The position numbers and the translations under genes were made by a program. Positions 1 through 21,650 of a DNA stretch of 64,000 bases are shown one piece after another. The stretch lies in contig OZ176052.1 of the NCBI GenBank assembly GCA_964247055.1, positions 7,068,001 to 7,132,000 of the forward strand, in the 5' to 3' direction. This DNA comes from Paragordius varius (lineage: Eukaryota; Animalia; Nematomorpha). The first letter of the stretch is position 1. Each line of letters begins with the position of its first letter. The notes beneath the pieces are model-generated. The model did no database searches. It saw only the letters and a program-made list of their open reading frames with translations, and had not been told where the DNA came from.

Positions 1-1136
1 CACTTATCACATGAAATACCTTTGACAACATTATTATCATTAAAGGTAAATTATAAATAAAAAATTTTGTAATTGGTAGAATTTTAAAATGTCTAAGTTG
101 AGTAATTAGGGCGTTCAATTCATACATTTTTTGCGCATATCTAATAGTTTCACCATCAACCACCACACAATTAAAATTACTGTCATCCAGTCAAGCGGAT
201 TCTATACAAATCCGATTTTAAGCTTTAGAAAATCATAATCTTATGATAGTCAATAATTAAAAAATTTATTTAGTTGGACTAATATGGTTATTAGCAAAAA
301 ATTAACATATATTTATCCAAATGATTGGAAAATGTATATGGTTGGTCTTTCCAATGAAGCCAATGCATTGATTGATAGTCAGGCCCCTTAGGTCAAAGTC
401 AATTTTTTTATCATTTTTCGCTCCTTCTATCGACGCCAAAAATGTTTTTATTTACAATGGATTTTTAAGGATGCAATGCATCTCTCCTTTGAATACGGAT
501 GTATTGTGAATAAAATAATAAGTTTTATCTGTTTCTTTTCATAAATATGGGCAATTCTGGTAGTCCGGCAGCAACTTTTTGAATATAATATTTTCATTAG
601 CTTGAAGATTTTTTGATTTGTTTTAATTATTATGTTCCATATTACGGAATCGTAAGTAATAAATGGTCTTTTTCTTGCTCTATCTAATATATTTGTTTTT
701 AATCAATCTTAGAACAAGGAGAAAATATTTGATACAACAAACAGTAGACTCAAAATACCGCAATTCAATATGCTTGGACAGATTTGTTCATTACCTAATA
801 CTTAACCCATATAAAAGCCCCGTGAGACGATCAATATATTGTTTGGGATGTTAATGTGATTTTTACGTTATGTTATATTTTTACTGAATTAATCATAATA
901 TGTTAACTAACCTTCACATTATTGTTGTTTAACTGCTCACACATTTTTATATAAATATTAATTATATTTAAATGATAAAAAATAAATCGAAATGCTTTTT
1001 ATATACGTAGATATTAAATTATGTGCAATAAATAATTTATTTGATTGAATTTTACGTATTTTAATACAATTAAAGAAAAATATTTAATATTTGTAAAAGG
1101 CACTGGTATTGCGATAATGTACAGAAAAAGATAACT

Positions 1137-8889
<7,753 letters not shown>

Positions 8890-9800
8890 ACTGTTAAAAT
8901 AACATATGAAATTATCTCAAGTGGTTTAATCCATGTGTCATCAACCGTTGTATAAAATATATTATATATATATATATGATGTTTTAAAAAGATTTTAATC
9001 TAAATGCTCAATTTAAAAAATTAAATCTATATAATTATCAAACAAATCTAAATTAATAAAATGTCTATGCAAGCATTTTATCATAACGGAGATGTTCTCC
9101 TTAGACATATATCATTACCGTACCAGACCTGCTAAAATCCGATGTTTTAAAATGTATACTGAATCAATTTTATATGTTCAAGAATGTGTATTTTTTGCTC
9201 AAACGCAATACAAGAAAATTTTTATTTTTTCCGGTAAAAGCTCGATATCGAAAAATTGCGAAATCACCGTTATTTGAAATATATTTGGTAAGATCTAAAT
9301 TATATCTAAGTATGAGTTTAACAAATAATATAGGGTATGTTAAAAGGTAAACAATATTTTTAATTTAAAGATGTGGGTTCCGCAAGTCCCAGATATTTTC
9401 CAACCCTCTGAAATGGGCTAGTTCTTCTATAAAAAACGCAAAACTGTCGAAATTTTGCGATAAATACTTTATTATACGCTATAATATAGCACCAAAAAAC
9501 ATGTTTTAAAAAAGTGCATAATCCCTGCAAAAATATAATTTTTAGCAAAATAAAGATTTCGAATTTGATGCAGGATAGAAACGGTATAAACACGTTTTAA
9601 GATTTTATATACACTTTTTTTACGTCGATGATGAACACTACCTCCACATTTAAAAATATTCCTTAGACTTCAAATTTTTTAAAATATTCAAATTAAATGC
9701 TGATGTGAAAGAAATGTTTAGTTCCATCAAAATTTATAGAAAATTGTTTAATAATATCTTAACCCTTGTATAAAAGACATTCATTTCAGTCCGTCAATTC

Positions 9801-10366
9801 AAATTGGGGTAGTTAGATACGCCAGCCTTGTTAATTAAATATTCCAAAAAATATGGGATAAATTGAAACCGTGGCAAAAGTTGCACTTCTGTTTCAATAA
9901 TGAACCGCATTATAATATTCATTCAAAAATACTTGATATTACTTATTTTAGGTAAAACCCAAATGTAACAATTTACAAACATGACATGTGTTCATACGAT
10001 AAATTTAATAATGTAAATAATACTACTTTTTCTGTTTATATTAAACACTTGGATACATCACATTAATTTAAGTCCTTCGATTAAAATTGGGGTAGTTAAA
10101 TACCCTAGGCCCGGTTAAAATTAACTTCTTATAAAAATAAGGAAGGAATCGAAACCATGGCAAAATTTTGCACTTATATAACATTAATAAACCGAAATAT
10201 ATATTTTAATCAAAAATACTTGATATTACTTATTTTAAGCTAAAACAAAGGTAAAAATTTAGTCAACGTGACATGTGTGAAATGGTAAAATTGAAAATAA
10301 TCCAAAATAAACCGCTTTTTCTATTTCTATCAATATTAGATGCAATTTAAATAAAAAAATTAGCTT
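9801..10366. repeat. Two diverged tandem copies of a ~283-bp unit
   Basis: AAATTGGGGTAGTTA at 9801 and 10084, followed in both by GAAACC(G/A)TGGCAAAA, TCAAAAATACTTGATATTACTTATTTTA and TGACATGTGT in the same order. Confidence 0.8.
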
Positions 10367-11545
10367 TAATTTTACCTTTAAAATTAAATGAAGACGATAT
10401 TTTGCAAAATTTTGTAAATAAAAATGGCGAAGAAGTTTGACTCAAAAAAGACGAAAGAATATTTTATCAAAATTCTGAGGTTAGAATGTTCAGCATTATT
10501 AAATTATTAAAAAAAGTTTTTTTATAATATCTAAAAGTGTTTTTATAATGTTTCCATCAGCCCTAAAAGTAGAATGAAGTACACTTTAACAAAAATTTGC
10601 TAAAAATTAAAATTTTTAAAAAGTATGCATTTTTAAAAATATCTTAATGTAAAAATTTATATATTTAAAAATTTTATCGCGAAATTTCGGTATTTTTGTG
10701 TTTATTTAAAAATAAGCTCATTTTAGAAGAGCTAAAAAATTTAGGACTTTTAGCCCACATCAAGTTAAATTTTTTTAAAATATCATTTTGCTTTTCATAG
10801 ATAGTTTATGAAATTTGATATTTTTTAGAATTAAGCATTTACATCAATACAAATGGAATTTAAAAAAATCCGACCAATTCTGCCCTTTTTGATATGGAGA
10901 GCACTTATCATAAAAGTGTAAATTAATGTGACCAGATAGGCTGTTTTTCGCAATATAGTACTGGGTTTTCAGATAAAAACTGCGCCAGTACTGCGCCCTC
11001 TTTTGTACTGCTTTTTGAAATTAAAAAAATTAATTTTATATAAATATATATTAATTTTTGATTATTCAAGAAAATTATTTTAGTATTTAATATCCTCAGT
11101 AAAAATAACCCCATAATTTGTAAAGGAATGATTCATTTTTCGGTAAAAAAACTAAGATTGGCCTATAATTGGTTAATATTTTTCTGCTCGAATTATACAA
11201 AAAACTTAAGATTGCAGCCTTTTGCGAAGTGGCGAAACTATAAATCTGGAACTCCACACCTTAAGATTCAGGCTAATGGCTCTTTCACTCAGGGCTTCAG
11301 TATGAAAAGGTGCAAAATTTAAAAGTTACATAATATTATTTTAATAAATGTTTGATCAAGTTTAGAAAGTTCATTTTTTTTTATAATTATTAAACGGAAA
11401 ATTATATAAAAAATTGTTATTCCCAAAACATAATGTATAAAATTTATTATATATGGCATATGATTCCGAAATAACCTTTTTTTCGTATTTAAAATTAAAA
11501 AATTAAGAGTTTCTACGTTTCTATACTCATTAGATGGGAGATATG

Positions 11546-12575
11546 GGGTGGGGTGATAAAAAAGTCGCACTTGACTTGTAAGCCAAGCGTGGCAAGTTGA
11601 GCAAGATTACTTAAGCCAGAAAGTGTATACTTGAAGATCGGTGATAAAAAAAACACTTAAGTCAAGTCTTTTGCTTATGAATGTAAGAGTTTTTTGCCAC
11701 CCAATTCGAATTTTATGGAAATTTTTATGATCATTTTCAGCTAAAATTTATGAAATAAGGCACAAAAAGATAAACAATAAATACAATGTGCATTTATTGA
11801 AGTTTTTCAAACTCACCGGCACGTATCTTATATAATATTATAGAGTTTTCTAAATTGTGAGCTTGGTATTAATTTTTAGATTGGTGAAACCATTCGCCCT
11901 TAAAACACTTATTATTTTACCACACTACTTATTCTGTTTGGAGTCCAGTTGCAAATATAATGGGAAGATGTTTATACAATATATCATAATTATTAATTGA
12001 TTATAAACATTGCATTCGAAATAAATTTATGATGAAATAAATTCTTTACATTGGATATAAGTGAAGTTTTGCTTTTAATAAATGAATTGAAATCACAAGA
12101 TTAATATTTAATTATTAATTTTAAGAATTTTCGAGAATCCAATTTTTTTTGCGGTCACAGAATTGATATATTTAGCATATTTTTATGTGCCATGTTATTT
12201 AATATTAGCAGAGTTTTTCTATAAATTTAACCTCTTTTGTATCCACCCAATGAATAGATTAATTAGCCAAAATTTATCAAATTAACAATTTATAGCATTA
12301 ACAAAGGTTCAAATTACATATAAAACCTAAATTTTGCACATAAATAGTTTCCAAAATAATTTTATCCATATTTTTAAATCTGTCAAGTGTGCCCTACACC
12401 ACACTTGCAAAATCTTTAAGTTTTACTTGAACATATGATTTTTTATCACCTCCTTATCAAGTTTTCTTGCTTGACTTAAGTCGTGTAATGTTAAATTTTT
12501 GTTATCACATGAAAGCAAGCTATGACTTGAAAAACTTGCAAGTCAAGTCAAAAAAATTTTTTTATCACCCGACCC
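11546..12575. mobile_element. About 1030-bp TIR element with 3-bp TSD (PIF/Harbinger-like MITE)
   Basis: TIR GGGT(G/C)GGGTGATAAAAAA..CTTGACTTG at both ends. ATG directly flanks both ends (11543-11545, 12576-12578). Superfamily inferred only from GGG termini and 3-bp TSD. Confidence 0.55.
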
Positions 12576-15500
12576 ATGATATTACTTAATTTTTTCCTAA
12601 ACTTTAAATTTTATTAGTTTTATTATTTTTTCATAAACAAATTTGAGATATTTTGTTAAACCTTACTAAAATTTATTTTGAAGCTTGATGGAAACGATAT
12701 AACGCTTTAAGATATAATAAAACCCTTTTTTCTAAATAATTCGATGATGTTTAATTTACTATAGGTTCAGAATTTCAATTTAGAGGTTTTGTTTGCTTAT
12801 AAAATGTTGGCGAATTTTTGTAAAAAAAACAATTTTTATTTAACATAAATTTGAAAACGAACCATTTTAATCAAAATTTTGATTGAGAATTAGCATTTAA
12901 TTATATGTATATATATAATGTTGTAATATCTCAACCGTTTATAATGTTTCCATCATGCTGAAAATAATATGAAGTACGCTTCAACAAATTTTTGCTAAAA
13001 ACTAAATTTTTGAAAGTGTGCATTTTTTTTAAAAATATATTTTGTTGATATCAAAATTTAGTATATATTTAAAATTATTGAACAATATCGGTATATTTGG
13101 GTTTATTTTAAGAGAATAGTCTATTAAAGACCAAAAATTTGGAGCTCACATCTAAAAATTTAAAATTTTAAATTAAATTTTAATTTTTGTATGTAGTTTA
13201 TATTATATTTACTGATTTTTTTTAATTTAGCTTTCACCAAAAAATATATTTGAAAAATTGCGCGCCTTTTGCAATTTTATACTGAGCACCTACCACAAAA
13301 GTGTAAATAACTTTCTTTAATAACTCGTAAAAGCTAAAACCAAAAGCACCATGCTAATCCTGATATTTCGCTATCAGAATATACATTTTTCAGCAGGATA
13401 TTTTTTGTAGAAACTGTGTAATATACCACACCGATGATGTAAAAACAGACAAAGTATGTTTTAATTTTGTACTGCGTCAGAGTTTAAAATATCTGGTCTT
13501 ATTAGTGTAAGGTTTCTTATATCACTCGTAAGGACAAAAAAGCACCATGATAATCCTGTTATATTTTTCCAATCAAAATATTTTCATCAGCTTATATTTA
13601 TGCGGACACAGTGTTAAAAAAACTTGGCCACTTTCGATGCAAAAATAGACTTTCGGCCCGCATCTAAAGTTTTTTCAAAAATATTGTTTTGCTTTTTATA
13701 TGTAGTTTATGATATATTTTAGCAATATTTTTTGTATTGCAGGATGTGTTTTTAAAAATTATTAGTACATAAATTTTGTCACTTACATATGGAGCAATTA
13801 AAAGTTCAAATAACTTTCTTAAATCACTTATAAAGACCAAAACCAAAGCACCATGATAATCCTAATACATTATTCTATCAGAATAAATACAAAAAAGTTT
13901 ATAAAATATGGTTGTCCTTTTAAAATATTTTACTCTACTTTTGACGCTTTGTCTTATAATTTGAATGTATATTATATATATTCTGGTAGAAAATGTTTTG
14001 ATTCTTGTAAAAATTTCCATTTGGGCGAGAACCAAAAATTATTTCGCTGTGTAAAGCTTTATTTGAAAATCCAAATGCTTCAAACCAAAATGTATTCTTA
14101 GTATTTTTAATACTTGATTTTTAGTTAGCAAAATAATATTGGTATAAAAATTTCGGACAAGTACCCTCTTTGGTTGTTGTCTAAATTTACGCAAGATGAG
14201 ATATATATGAAAATTTATACTAAAATTATTATCAAAAATGCTTGTATATAGAATTTTTTAAATGTATAATGCATTTTTCCTAAATTGTAAACCGTTAAAA
14301 ATCTACACAACAGAAAATAAATTCGTTTCCTTTTAACTTGAAATTAAAAATTTAACAAAATACACAGTGTCCACAAAAAAAATGTTGATGAAATATATAT
14401 ATTCTGATAGAAAAATATATTAGGATTATATGGAGCTCTTGGTTATGGCCTACGAAGGATTTGAAGTTTTACACTTTTGGAAACTGCTTCATATCAGAAA
14501 AATGGCGAAATTTGCGAAAATTTTGTTCAGGTGAATGCTTAATGCTTCATTTCAAAAATCACTTGATTATGTCATAAACTAGATATAAAAAAATATTTTT
14601 TAAAATTTTTATGTTTAGATGTGGGCTACGAAAGTCCCAATTTTTTTTCGCTATTCTAAAATAGGCTAATTTTTAAAAAGCAAACGCGAAAATGCCAGCA
14701 AATATTTTAGGTATATGGTAAATTTTGACCTAACTAAAATTATTTTCAAAAATTGAATAATTATTTTTAAAAAATAAAATTTTGAGCAAAATTTTGTGAG
14801 CCAACTTCACACTGTTTTGAGGCATGGTATAAAAGCGCTTTAATATATTAAAAAATAAATATTTCGATACATTTTGATGATTCACCAAAATTAATAAAGC
14901 GTTTGCTATCAAATTAAGTGATCGTTTTAAAAACAAAATATATGTAACACAAATTTGAAGGGAAACAAATTTTTTAATCTAAATTCTGAGGTAAATGTTC
15001 AGCATCATCAAATTATAAGAAAAAGTGTTTATATTCTTTAGGCTTTATACCATATCATGCTTCTAAATAGAGTGATGTACGCTAAAAATTTTCTAAGAAA
15101 CTAAATTTTTATCGAATCCCTTTTTGCAGAAAAAACTTTTTTTATGTCAAAATTTAACATATAGTTAAAATTAATGAGTCATCCGGCATTTTCGTTTATT
15201 TTAAAAAAATTATCCTATTTAAGAAGAGCGAAAAAATTTAGGACTTTCGTAGCCATCTAAAAATTAAAATTTTATACAAATATTGTTTTCTTTTTATATA
15301 GTTTATGAGATATTTATGTGATTTTTTTGGAATGGAGCATTTAGATCACAAAAAATTTTTTCAACAAAATGTGGGCCATTTTTGTCATTTTTTGATATGG
15401 AGACACCATAAAAGTGTAAACAACTTTCTTAAATCACTAGTAAGGCCAAATAATTGTTTTCCTTTTTAAATAAAATAACACTATAATATTTTACGAAAGG

Positions 15501-15825
15501 GTTTTTCAAAGATTTCTCACAAAGTGCCTAATATAAAGCACGACAATGTAATAATAGTTCTGAAAATGAAATCGAACTAAAAATAAAATCATATCCAGTT
15601 TAATCTCCATAATTGTCGTACACACATGTTGTTTTAAATTTAAATTGTATTTTACTTTTCATAAATAATTATAAGGCCATTGAATCTTTTTGAGGTAAAA
15701 AAATATATAAAATTAAAATTTTAAACTCCACTTCTAGATTTATTTTAAAACTATTTTTTAAAGGCATTTTAATAAATGAAAAAAAATTCCAGAAATGTTG
15801 CAAGTTTTAGATATACATGGAATTT

Positions 15826-17130
15826 CTAAAATCTTAGGATCGTCTTCTTCCACCAAATCATGGATGTTTTGGTGTGCATGACAAAAGTGTTGCGGTATTT
15901 TTTATCCAACATTAAGTTAAAATAAAATGTCAATATGACAAATAAATATTCAATCAATGTGCATAAACCAAACGTAACATCTGTCTCATATATATCCATT
16001 GAATTACTTATATTTCTATAAATGAGAAATATGGAGACCGGAAACAGGAATAAAACTACCTCCATTCCTAAAACTAGTAATAACCGCGCATCTTTAATCC
16101 TTTGACTTTTACGTGTATTTATACGTGATTTTTCAATGATTGATTGAGCATTAGATAGATAAGCACTCATTTGAGTGTCCCCACCTAATCCAGAGGATCG
16201 AGAATAAGGATTGGATAATTGGCTCATGTCCGAGTTAGTTAACTCTGAATCTTTGCCTACATTAGCACTGCTTTTAGCCATTGATTGAGTCATTTTAGAA
16301 GTGTTAATATCACTAGGTTTAACACTGCTATTTTTCAAACTTTGTTTCCAATCATGGATTTGAGACAAATGTTTTTGACTCCAAATTTTAATAACAATTA
16401 TGCATAGGGCAGGAATGAACTTGGTAAACGTTTCACGAAGGATATCATAGGTTATCCAAAAGCGTTGTTGACGAACTGTAGTATATGTAATGAATCGATA
16501 AGAAAATGTTCCTTTTTCGTATCCACACACATTAGGTATGAAAAAACAACTAAACCACCACCTGGTGGGTATATTCCAAAGTGTCATATATAAGAGACAA
16601 AAGGTCACATATTGCATGATGTGTTTGGGTGTGAACAGTTTTTTATAGGCATATGGATAAACTATAGCAATGTGTTGACTTATAGCGAATAAAACATATA
16701 TCCCGAAAGATAGGCAGATAAGCGTTCGAGATATGGGAAAATGATAATTCGCAACATATATATTCCAACTTGAACTTGCCCAAAAATTTGCACGAAGGTA
16801 CCCCCCAATGCTATCTAAAACTGGATAGACCAACATAAATACCATGTTAATCAAATTTACAAAATAGAGAGTTCTAGTAAATATAATTCGAGGATAAGGT
16901 TTTTGTTTAAATGCCAGCCATAGACCAAACCCATTGCCAACAAACCCTATAAGACATAGTATAGGACTAATAACAGCTATTGCATCATCTAGCTTGTTTA
17001 AATAGTTGTCAATAGGAGGCCATATCAAACATTCATGTGGATAAATCCCATCTTCATTCATAAATTTTGGTAAATTAGTTGACCCATTAAATAAAGGGTT
17101 TAAGGAATTTATTTCGCGCGTTACAGGCAT
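15826..17130 (-). CDS. Class A (rhodopsin-like) 7TM GPCR, FMRFamide-receptor/Srw-like orphan, paralog 1, intronless, 434 aa
   Basis: Seven hydrophobic segments. TM1 GFVGNG, TM3 end IAIVYP, TM4 WNIP, TM5 KFIP, TM6 FLFP, long Ser-rich ICL3. Clear paralog at 22350-23624. Confidence 0.85.
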   Translation of the reverse strand: MPVTREINSLNPLFNGSTNLPKFMNEDGIYPHECLIWPPIDNYLNKLDDAIAVISPILCLIGFVGNGFGLWLAFKQKPYPRIIFTRTLYFVNLINMVFMLVYPVLDSIGGYLRANFWASSSWNIYVANYHFPISRTLICLSFGIYVLFAISQHIAIVYPYAYKKLFTPKHIMQYVTFCLLYMTLWNIPTRWWFSCFFIPNVCGYEKGTFSYRFITYTTVRQQRFWITYDILRETFTKFIPALCIIVIKIWSQKHLSQIHDWKQSLKNSSVKPSDINTSKMTQSMAKSSANVGKDSELTNSDMSQLSNPYSRSSGLGGDTQMSAYLSNAQSIIEKSRINTRKSQRIKDARLLLVLGMEVVLFLFPVSIFLIYRNISNSMDIYETDVTFGLCTLIEYLFVILTFYFNLMLDKKYRNTFVMHTKTSMIWWKKTILRF

Positions 17131-18334
17131 TTTACATATTATTGAAGACTTTATGTATTAAAACGCATTAGGATGTGTCAAAATAACTCTAAGGTTAATC
17201 TGAAAATAAAATGTTGTTAATTCATTTCAATTTAATAATTAAAAAGTGTATTTCTTAGAACAATACCAATGCATTTTATAACTTGTTTATATTGTCACAA
17301 TAGATATTAGCTACAACGGTTAATATTTTTTTACAATAGGTAGATGTAATAATTAAAAATAATTGGTTCTTTGAAAAATGATCACGTATTATAGCTAAAA
17401 ATATACAATAAATAAACTATTTTCAAATATATTCTATAATTATATTTTGCAAAGGAGTATGACACCAAGAATATTTAGTTCCTCTATTAATAAGGTATTT
17501 TACTATAATTCTTTTGCGCAAATTTTGATAATTTTATGTACTAATGAAGTAAACTAAATATTTCACATAATAAACGTTATACAATTAACCTATTGGCTGA
17601 AACAGGGGTTTTAACACACCAACTATGGGCCGCATCTTTACCCTTAAAAAATCGGCTGGCCGTACATGAAAAAATTTAAATTAATTTACCACTTATCCGG
17701 CTGATATTTATAATATTCCTTATTCAGATAAAAATATATGCTTGGATAATTGTTAAATGATTAGTCCATAACAGTCTATCTCATGATTTTTTTCGCAATA
17801 AACGATGTAAGTCGCATGGAGATATTTAAAGTTTCAGGTGTGATCATATTGTAAACCATTTCAATGTTGCTAAACGTATCCATCCATTCGTACTTTTTTA
17901 TTTATAAAAGGCCTATGTGTTATAAAAGTCTTGCTCTTATATTATCATAGGTGATGAGCTAAAGAAAATTATATTTATTAGTCAGTTATTTGTGAAAATC
18001 CAACTGATATGTTTTTATACGGCCGTTGATTGCGAAGGTTGGTAGAAATATAAGTGTTGATTTCAAAAATTGGACAAATTTTCATTTAAAAAAACTTTTT
18101 CCCTTCCCAGATGTATTTCAGGGTTTTGTCTGTACGATCTCAAAACAATATAATTAGATAACTTCTATTATTCGCAATCAATTTTGTTGTTTGCGATTGG
18201 CGTTGGTTAAAATTGTTTTTTATTAAAATGGTAAAATCAAATATGTCATTATTAAGAAAATATAATAAATATTTTTAAAAATGGAAATATCTTCATATTA
18301 TTCTTTTGGGGTTGACGGAAGAGTTTTCGAGCGC

Positions 18335-19570
18335 CAGGGTGACCAGATTTTTAAATGAAAAAAGCGGGACAACTCTGAAGGAAAGGGGTACTATCAAAAA
18401 ATTTCCAACAAAAAATAATATCCTAATATTTTTTATTTTTAAAATAATATTTATAAGTATAAAAAATATATAATATGTCATTCCTTAATATATTTTATAT
18501 TTGAGTGAATTTGTTTGAGCAGGTTGTTATCATTTTTAAATATATTATAAAACAAGAGTTTGTTAAATTATAATTGACATATAAAATGGCTTTCAGAGTT
18601 TCAACATTTAATTTTGATTTTTCTGATGTCCACACTTGATTTACTGTCGAAAAAAGGCGATCAGTCGCAGCGTTAGTTCCAGGTAAAGAGAGTGCGAGTT
18701 TCACAATTTTTAAAACAGCATTGTAAGGATGTAATTTGTTTTAAAATAATGAAATATTTCCAACCATTTGTCCTCTTCTGTTATTTTTTCTGATGCCCAA
18801 TATTTGAGCTTTTCCTTATCATATATTTTTAACCAATGATATTTTATAAAGATCATGTTCAGAAATATGACAAGGAATTTTAGAGAAATATAATCAAAGG
18901 ATTTTTTTATTTAATTGTAATCCAATAAAAATGATCAATATCATTGAATTGTACCGTCCAGTAAATAATTTTGCAGTTAGTATAAAACCTTTTGATATGG
19001 TTTATGATATCCAGACTGTTTATTGCACCTTGCTCTTCGAGATCGTTTATACTATTGCGAATAGTAAATGGCAGAATTATTTTCTAAACTCTCTTGACAT
19101 TAGTATTTTAAATTATGCACTTCATTTGCCATAACGATGGCAGATAATTTGACACCTTCAATAAGTTTAATGACGTTTTGAAACAGAGCAACTTGATTTT
19201 GTAGAAACTCTAGCCATATTTACTAAAATTTTAGGACATTTGTCTTGCGATAGAAAATAGGATGAGGGATCATGCATTTTCAAAATTCATTCGGCTGGCA
19301 GAAGAGCAACCAACGCGTTTTACAGCATTCATGTATTTTCTGATATTCAACTTCCGTATTTTCACAAAAATCTTTAAGCATTTTAACCCGCACAGTGTAT
19401 ATATAGAAATAATATATTTTAACAACAATATTTTCCACATCTACTAGTAACAAGTTTGCAGCGATATAGCCGAAATTATTTTTTAAATATATGAAATTAT
19501 TTGCCGCAAAAATTTTTATTTGATGACGACCTAGTTTTTGTATTGAAAGAAAATCGAAATTGGGCAAAAA
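18335..19570 (-). mobile_element. Truncated hAT (Blackjack-like) transposon relic, 3' part
   Basis: 3' TIR CAGGGTGACCAGA at 18335. hAT dimerization domain LALSLPGTNAATDRLFSTVNQVWTSEKSKLNVETLKAIL (18495-18704). KTRW segment at 19280-19567. Same family as 39918-43200. Confidence 0.8.
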
Positions 19571-20400
19571 GTGAATAATTAAAATAATTAGGGATAATAA
19601 AATATTGATAACTTGATATTATAGTTTAAAATCATTTTAGTAGATGGTTACAATTTATAGTTAGGTTTTTATTCAAACTTATATCAAAAAATCGTGTTTT
19701 TTAACATAATAAATTTTTTTTGAAATTATATTAAAAAAAATTTTAATTTTATTTTTTCATTTTTTGTCATCTAGTTTATGAGTGTATAAAAAATTTAATC
19801 TTTTATTTTGTAATCTTACATGAGCGGGAATTATAAAGTATATAAACGTATGCAAAATATCTAAAAACATTGGACAATCAACCAAAAATCCGTACAAATT
19901 CCAGTAAAAATATTAATTTGTGTTAAAACGAACCTGTTACTGGGATTTGAATGGATTATTGGTTGATATTATACTACTTTTAAATCCTATTTTGTTTAAA
20001 TTTATATACTTTATAATTCCCGCTCATGTAAGATTTCAAAATAAGAAAGTTATACATTCATAAACCAGATGACAAAAAAATAAAAAAATTTTTTTTTATT
20101 TTGATATATAGGTTTTTTTCCTGAATAAAATATGAATATTAAGATTTTAAGCGTGGTAAATAATTAAAAAAATATTTTAATATAATTCCAAAAAATAAGT
20201 ATTTTAAGTATGTTTAACGAAAAACGCGATTTTTTGATCTGAGTTTAAATAAAATCCCTAACTATATTATTTTAGGCTATTTATAAATACAAATATCTGC
20301 TTAAATGATAATAAGCCATAATATCTCAAGTTTTATCAATATTTTATTATTTCGATTTATCCTTAATTTTCGCTTTTTCAATTTTTCTTCAATATTTTAA
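19545..20400. mobile_element. About 850-bp foldback/MITE with ~350-bp inverted arms
   Basis: CTTACATGAGCGGGAATTATA (about 19816) vs TATAATTCCCGCTCATGTAAG (about 20012); GTCATCTAGTTTATGA vs TCATAAACCAGATGAC; outer arms also pair. It truncates the hAT relic. Confidence 0.75.
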
Positions 20401-20719
20401 ATGTTTGTCAACAAATAAATTTTTTTGGAAAATGGATTCGCTGGTCATAAGCTATCTCATGAAAAATTTTCTGTTAAAAATTTCTTTGCACATAGTATAA
20501 TAAGTATGGAATTGTTAAATTCCATTTTTTATAATATATGATTTTAAAAGGGTCGATGGTATTTGTATTGAAGGATATGTTAACATAATTATTTAACTGT
20601 AAAAAGATTTATTCCTCAGCAGATTTAAAAAGTATAAATTTTGTAAAAAATGCCCAAATTTTTAATAAAATAAATCACAATGTGTAGTAAGTTTTTATTG
20701 TTTTGGTAAAAAACAGGAA

Positions 20720-21650
20720 TGGAAATTCATTGTTCATTTATTCAAAATATTGCGGATTTTACCCATTTCGTCCATCTCTCAGGTAATATATGATTGCCAT
20801 GCCAGAAAAACTGATTGTCGTTTGTGACAAACCATTAGTCAACCATTTTCCCACTCCGAAATCATTGAAGTGCTGCTCTGCGCGTGGATGCCCTTTTGAT
20901 AAAGAGGTTATAATTAGATAGCGTTAGGTAAGGAGAATACAGCGGATGCGGATGAATTTTTCTCATCGAAAACAAGTTAGGGTGTTTTACTGGTTTTGCT
21001 GTTTGAGACGGATCATCGCCGTGTAGTTAAGTCACTTTGCCATGTCTTTTGGCCTCTTCCGGTCGTGTTTCGGTTAATGCATAGTTATATAATCGTTTGT
21101 TGGCGATGACGCTTTATTTAAACTATTTCATCAGGTTTAAAAAATTCATACTACACAATATCGCTCTGGTCCCAGACACAGAGTACGGTTTGGCCGAAGC
21201 GATGTTAATGGACCGGCTCAAGGTAAACACTATTGACGTGGAGCAGGATTCAAGCCACTTAGCATTAGATTTGACGTTCATTCAATCATGTTTATTGGTC
21301 TTTCCCATTGCTTGCAGACTCTTATTGTTTTTTGGGATGCATGTAATGCTTCTACCAATTGTTACAGTTTGAGTCATGTCATAATCCAAAAACTTTTGCA
21401 CTTAAGGGGGTCTGCTAGAGCGCCCACACTCTTTCGTACGAAATATAGTATAATTTCGAGTCTATCACATGTGTTAATCAATCGAGCATGTTCACCATAT
21501 CTTTCTGCCCGCACCTGCTACATGCATGCCAAAATGTTTTTTTCAGACACAAAGTTGACATGATTTTTGAATGATAAATATTAAACGCTTGTTTTTGGTG
21601 AACTTAACATGTGTATGTTCGTCGTTTACAGATGAAAAGGATGGGGTCTG
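20720..21650 (-). mobile_element. Mariner (Mos1/mauritiana-like) transposase relic
   Basis: Broken frames give LCVWDQSDIV*YEFFKPDEIV, RPEEAKRHGKV, YSPYL..NY, FWHGNHILPERW, matching Mos1-type motifs. Many stops and frameshifts. Confidence 0.8.

Larger units (their letters stand above)
9100..15460. mobile_element. Cluster of degraded long-TIR (foldback-like, Tc1/mariner-type ends) non-autonomous DNA elements
   Basis: Motif GATGTGGG(C/T)T(A/C)CG(A/C)AAGTCCCA occurs forward at about 9370 and 14620, and reversed at about 10745, 13140 and 15240. Terminal TACACAGTGTCCAC at 14361 with reverse matches at about 13415 and 13610. The segment 14361-15450 is a ~1.1-kb imperfect palindrome centred near 14950. 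Confidence 0.7.

Noticed and set aside
1-860. Protein-like fragments on the minus strand downstream of SNX (e.g. GPDYQSMHWLHWKDQPY, DDSNFNCVVVDGETIRY, YIDRLTGLLYGL)
   Set aside because: I could not join them into a phase-consistent spliced ORF or recognise a family. They may be a decayed gene or TE; a translated search is needed.
17600-18300. Charlie-like 5' end (CAGGGGTTTTAAC..GGGCCGCAT) followed by a GC-elevated stretch
   Set aside because: Probably another hAT relic, but I found no matching 3' end, TSD or readable transposase motif.
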